Shown piece by piece: positions 46,004-46,828 of a stretch of 46,828 bases of DNA. The stretch covers positions 1 through 46,828 of the forward strand of contig MRSU01011174.1 of the NCBI GenBank assembly GCA_008369845.1. The letters run 5' to 3'. The DNA comes from Trichomonas gallinae (Eukaryota). The notes beneath the pieces are model-generated. The model worked only from the letters and a program-made list of their open reading frames with translations. It searched no databases and was not told where the DNA came from. Made by a program: the position numbers and the translations under genes. Numbering within the stretch: the first letter of the stretch is position 1; each line of letters starts with the position of its first letter.

Positions 46004-46471
46004 TTACTCATCCTTCTGGCCACGGCGTGGGTTTGAGCGGCAGCCAGCTGGGCGTGGCTTAACTGTCTTGTCCATTTTTCCCTTCTTGCCTCTTCTGGAC
46101 TTCTTCTTTGGCTCATCGTCGTCGTCATCGAATCCATCCTCGTCTTCATCTTCTCCCTCAGCCTCATCCTCATCAGCATCATCTTCAACATCGTCCTCGT
46201 CGTCAGAGCCAAGCTTTGAGGTTGCGCGCTTCATTTCCTGGTCCTTGAAGATCTTTGTGTTATCTCTTGTCTTGACGAGAATTCTCTCTGTGCCCTCGAC
46301 TTCCTTGACATCCTTGCGGTCCTCATCAGACTTAAGTGTATACTTTGTGCCGTCAATTGCGTAGATTGTGTATTCATAGATATCGTGGCCGTTTTCATCC
46401 TTAAGGAAGACACGTTCGCGGACTTTGAATTCGTGCTCTGGGACCACTTCGAACTTTGGTGCGCTTGCCAT
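46004..46471 (-). CDS. Small Tudor-knot/chromo-barrel-like protein with acidic tract and basic tail
   Basis: FKVRERVF.....DIYEYTIYAI....KYTL...ERILVKTRDN resembles the MRG15/Eaf3 chromo-barrel; poly-D/E tract, then KKKSRRGKK. Confidence 0.75.
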   Translation of the reverse strand: MASAPKFEVVPEHEFKVRERVFLKDENGHDIYEYTIYAIDGTKYTLKSDEDRKDVKEVEGTERILVKTRDNTKIFKDQEMKRATSKLGSDDEDDVEDDADEDEAEGEDEDEDGFDDDDDEPKKKSRRGKKGKMDKTVKPRPAGCRSNPRRGQKDE

Positions 46472-46481
46472 GAGAAACTAA

Positions 46482-46608
46482 AGCTAACGGTTTAGCTCAA
46501 AATTCTGTGGGCGACGATAATTTGGCGCCAAAATCTATATCGCCCAATTATCAACAATTATACATCTTTTCTCTTCATCCACCCATTTTATCGACTGTTT
46601 GGCGAAAA
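46482..46608 (-). promoter_or_regulatory. Promoter with M3/Myb site and E2F-like sites
   Basis: AACGGTTT at 46486-46493, perfect palindrome TTTGGCGCCAAA at 46521-46532, TTTGGCGAAAA at 46598-46608. Confidence 0.5.
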
Positions 46609-46828
46609 ATGACTTACAAACGTCAATATTCAGTATGATAGTGATCGACAACAGCCATTTTTAAGATATTATTTATTGATAGTTATATGATATGATGCGA
46701 TTGTATGAGTTACGCAAGTGAAATCAAAACCTTCCATTTTTCAAATTCCTGAGTAGTATATGTATGGGGGTTATTTGCCAAAATTTGCAAATGCCTCTAT
46801 GACCCCATTTTTGAAGGATTTAAGTCAA

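Noticed and set aside
1..46828. CRISPR arrays, prokaryotic operons or defence systems, spliceosomal introns
   Set aside because: No regularly spaced repeats; gene content and signals are eukaryotic; the ORFs appear uninterrupted and I saw no trichomonad-type intron branch/3' motif.

Overview
Gene-dense, intron-free eukaryotic DNA with short AT-rich intergenic spacers, most consistent with Trichomonas vaginalis or a close trichomonad. Support: Inr-like TCAY elements just upstream of ATGs, recurrent AAAGTGAC and AACGGTTT core-promoter motifs, TAAA signals overlapping stop codons, R2R3-Myb genes, a half-size ABCA transporter and PPDK. About 20 protein genes are present: a window-truncated coiled-coil/low-complexity protein, a PARP-like/B-box/TLDc protein, two Mybs, PPDK, LRR-PP2C, copine, a PP2A B56-like protein, a large helical (possibly RapGAP-like) protein, CBF/Mak21, ABCA, YjbQ, a VPS9-like protein, a class 3 lipase, a Hydin-like protein, TatD, a PPP phosphatase, a TPR protein, an NTPDase-like protein and a Tudor-knot acidic protein. 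No tRNA, rRNA or transposon was recognised. The most notable items are a probable meiotic ZIP4/SPO22/TEX11 homologue, two unannotated structured intergenic RNA candidates (14.5 kb and 45.8 kb), a promoter combining an E2F palindrome with a Myb/M3 site, a degenerate PARP-fold TRIM-like TLDc protein, a probable pseudo-NTPDase, and PPDK abutting an LRR-PP2C gene 26 bp downstream. All family calls come from motif recognition by eye; no searches were run.
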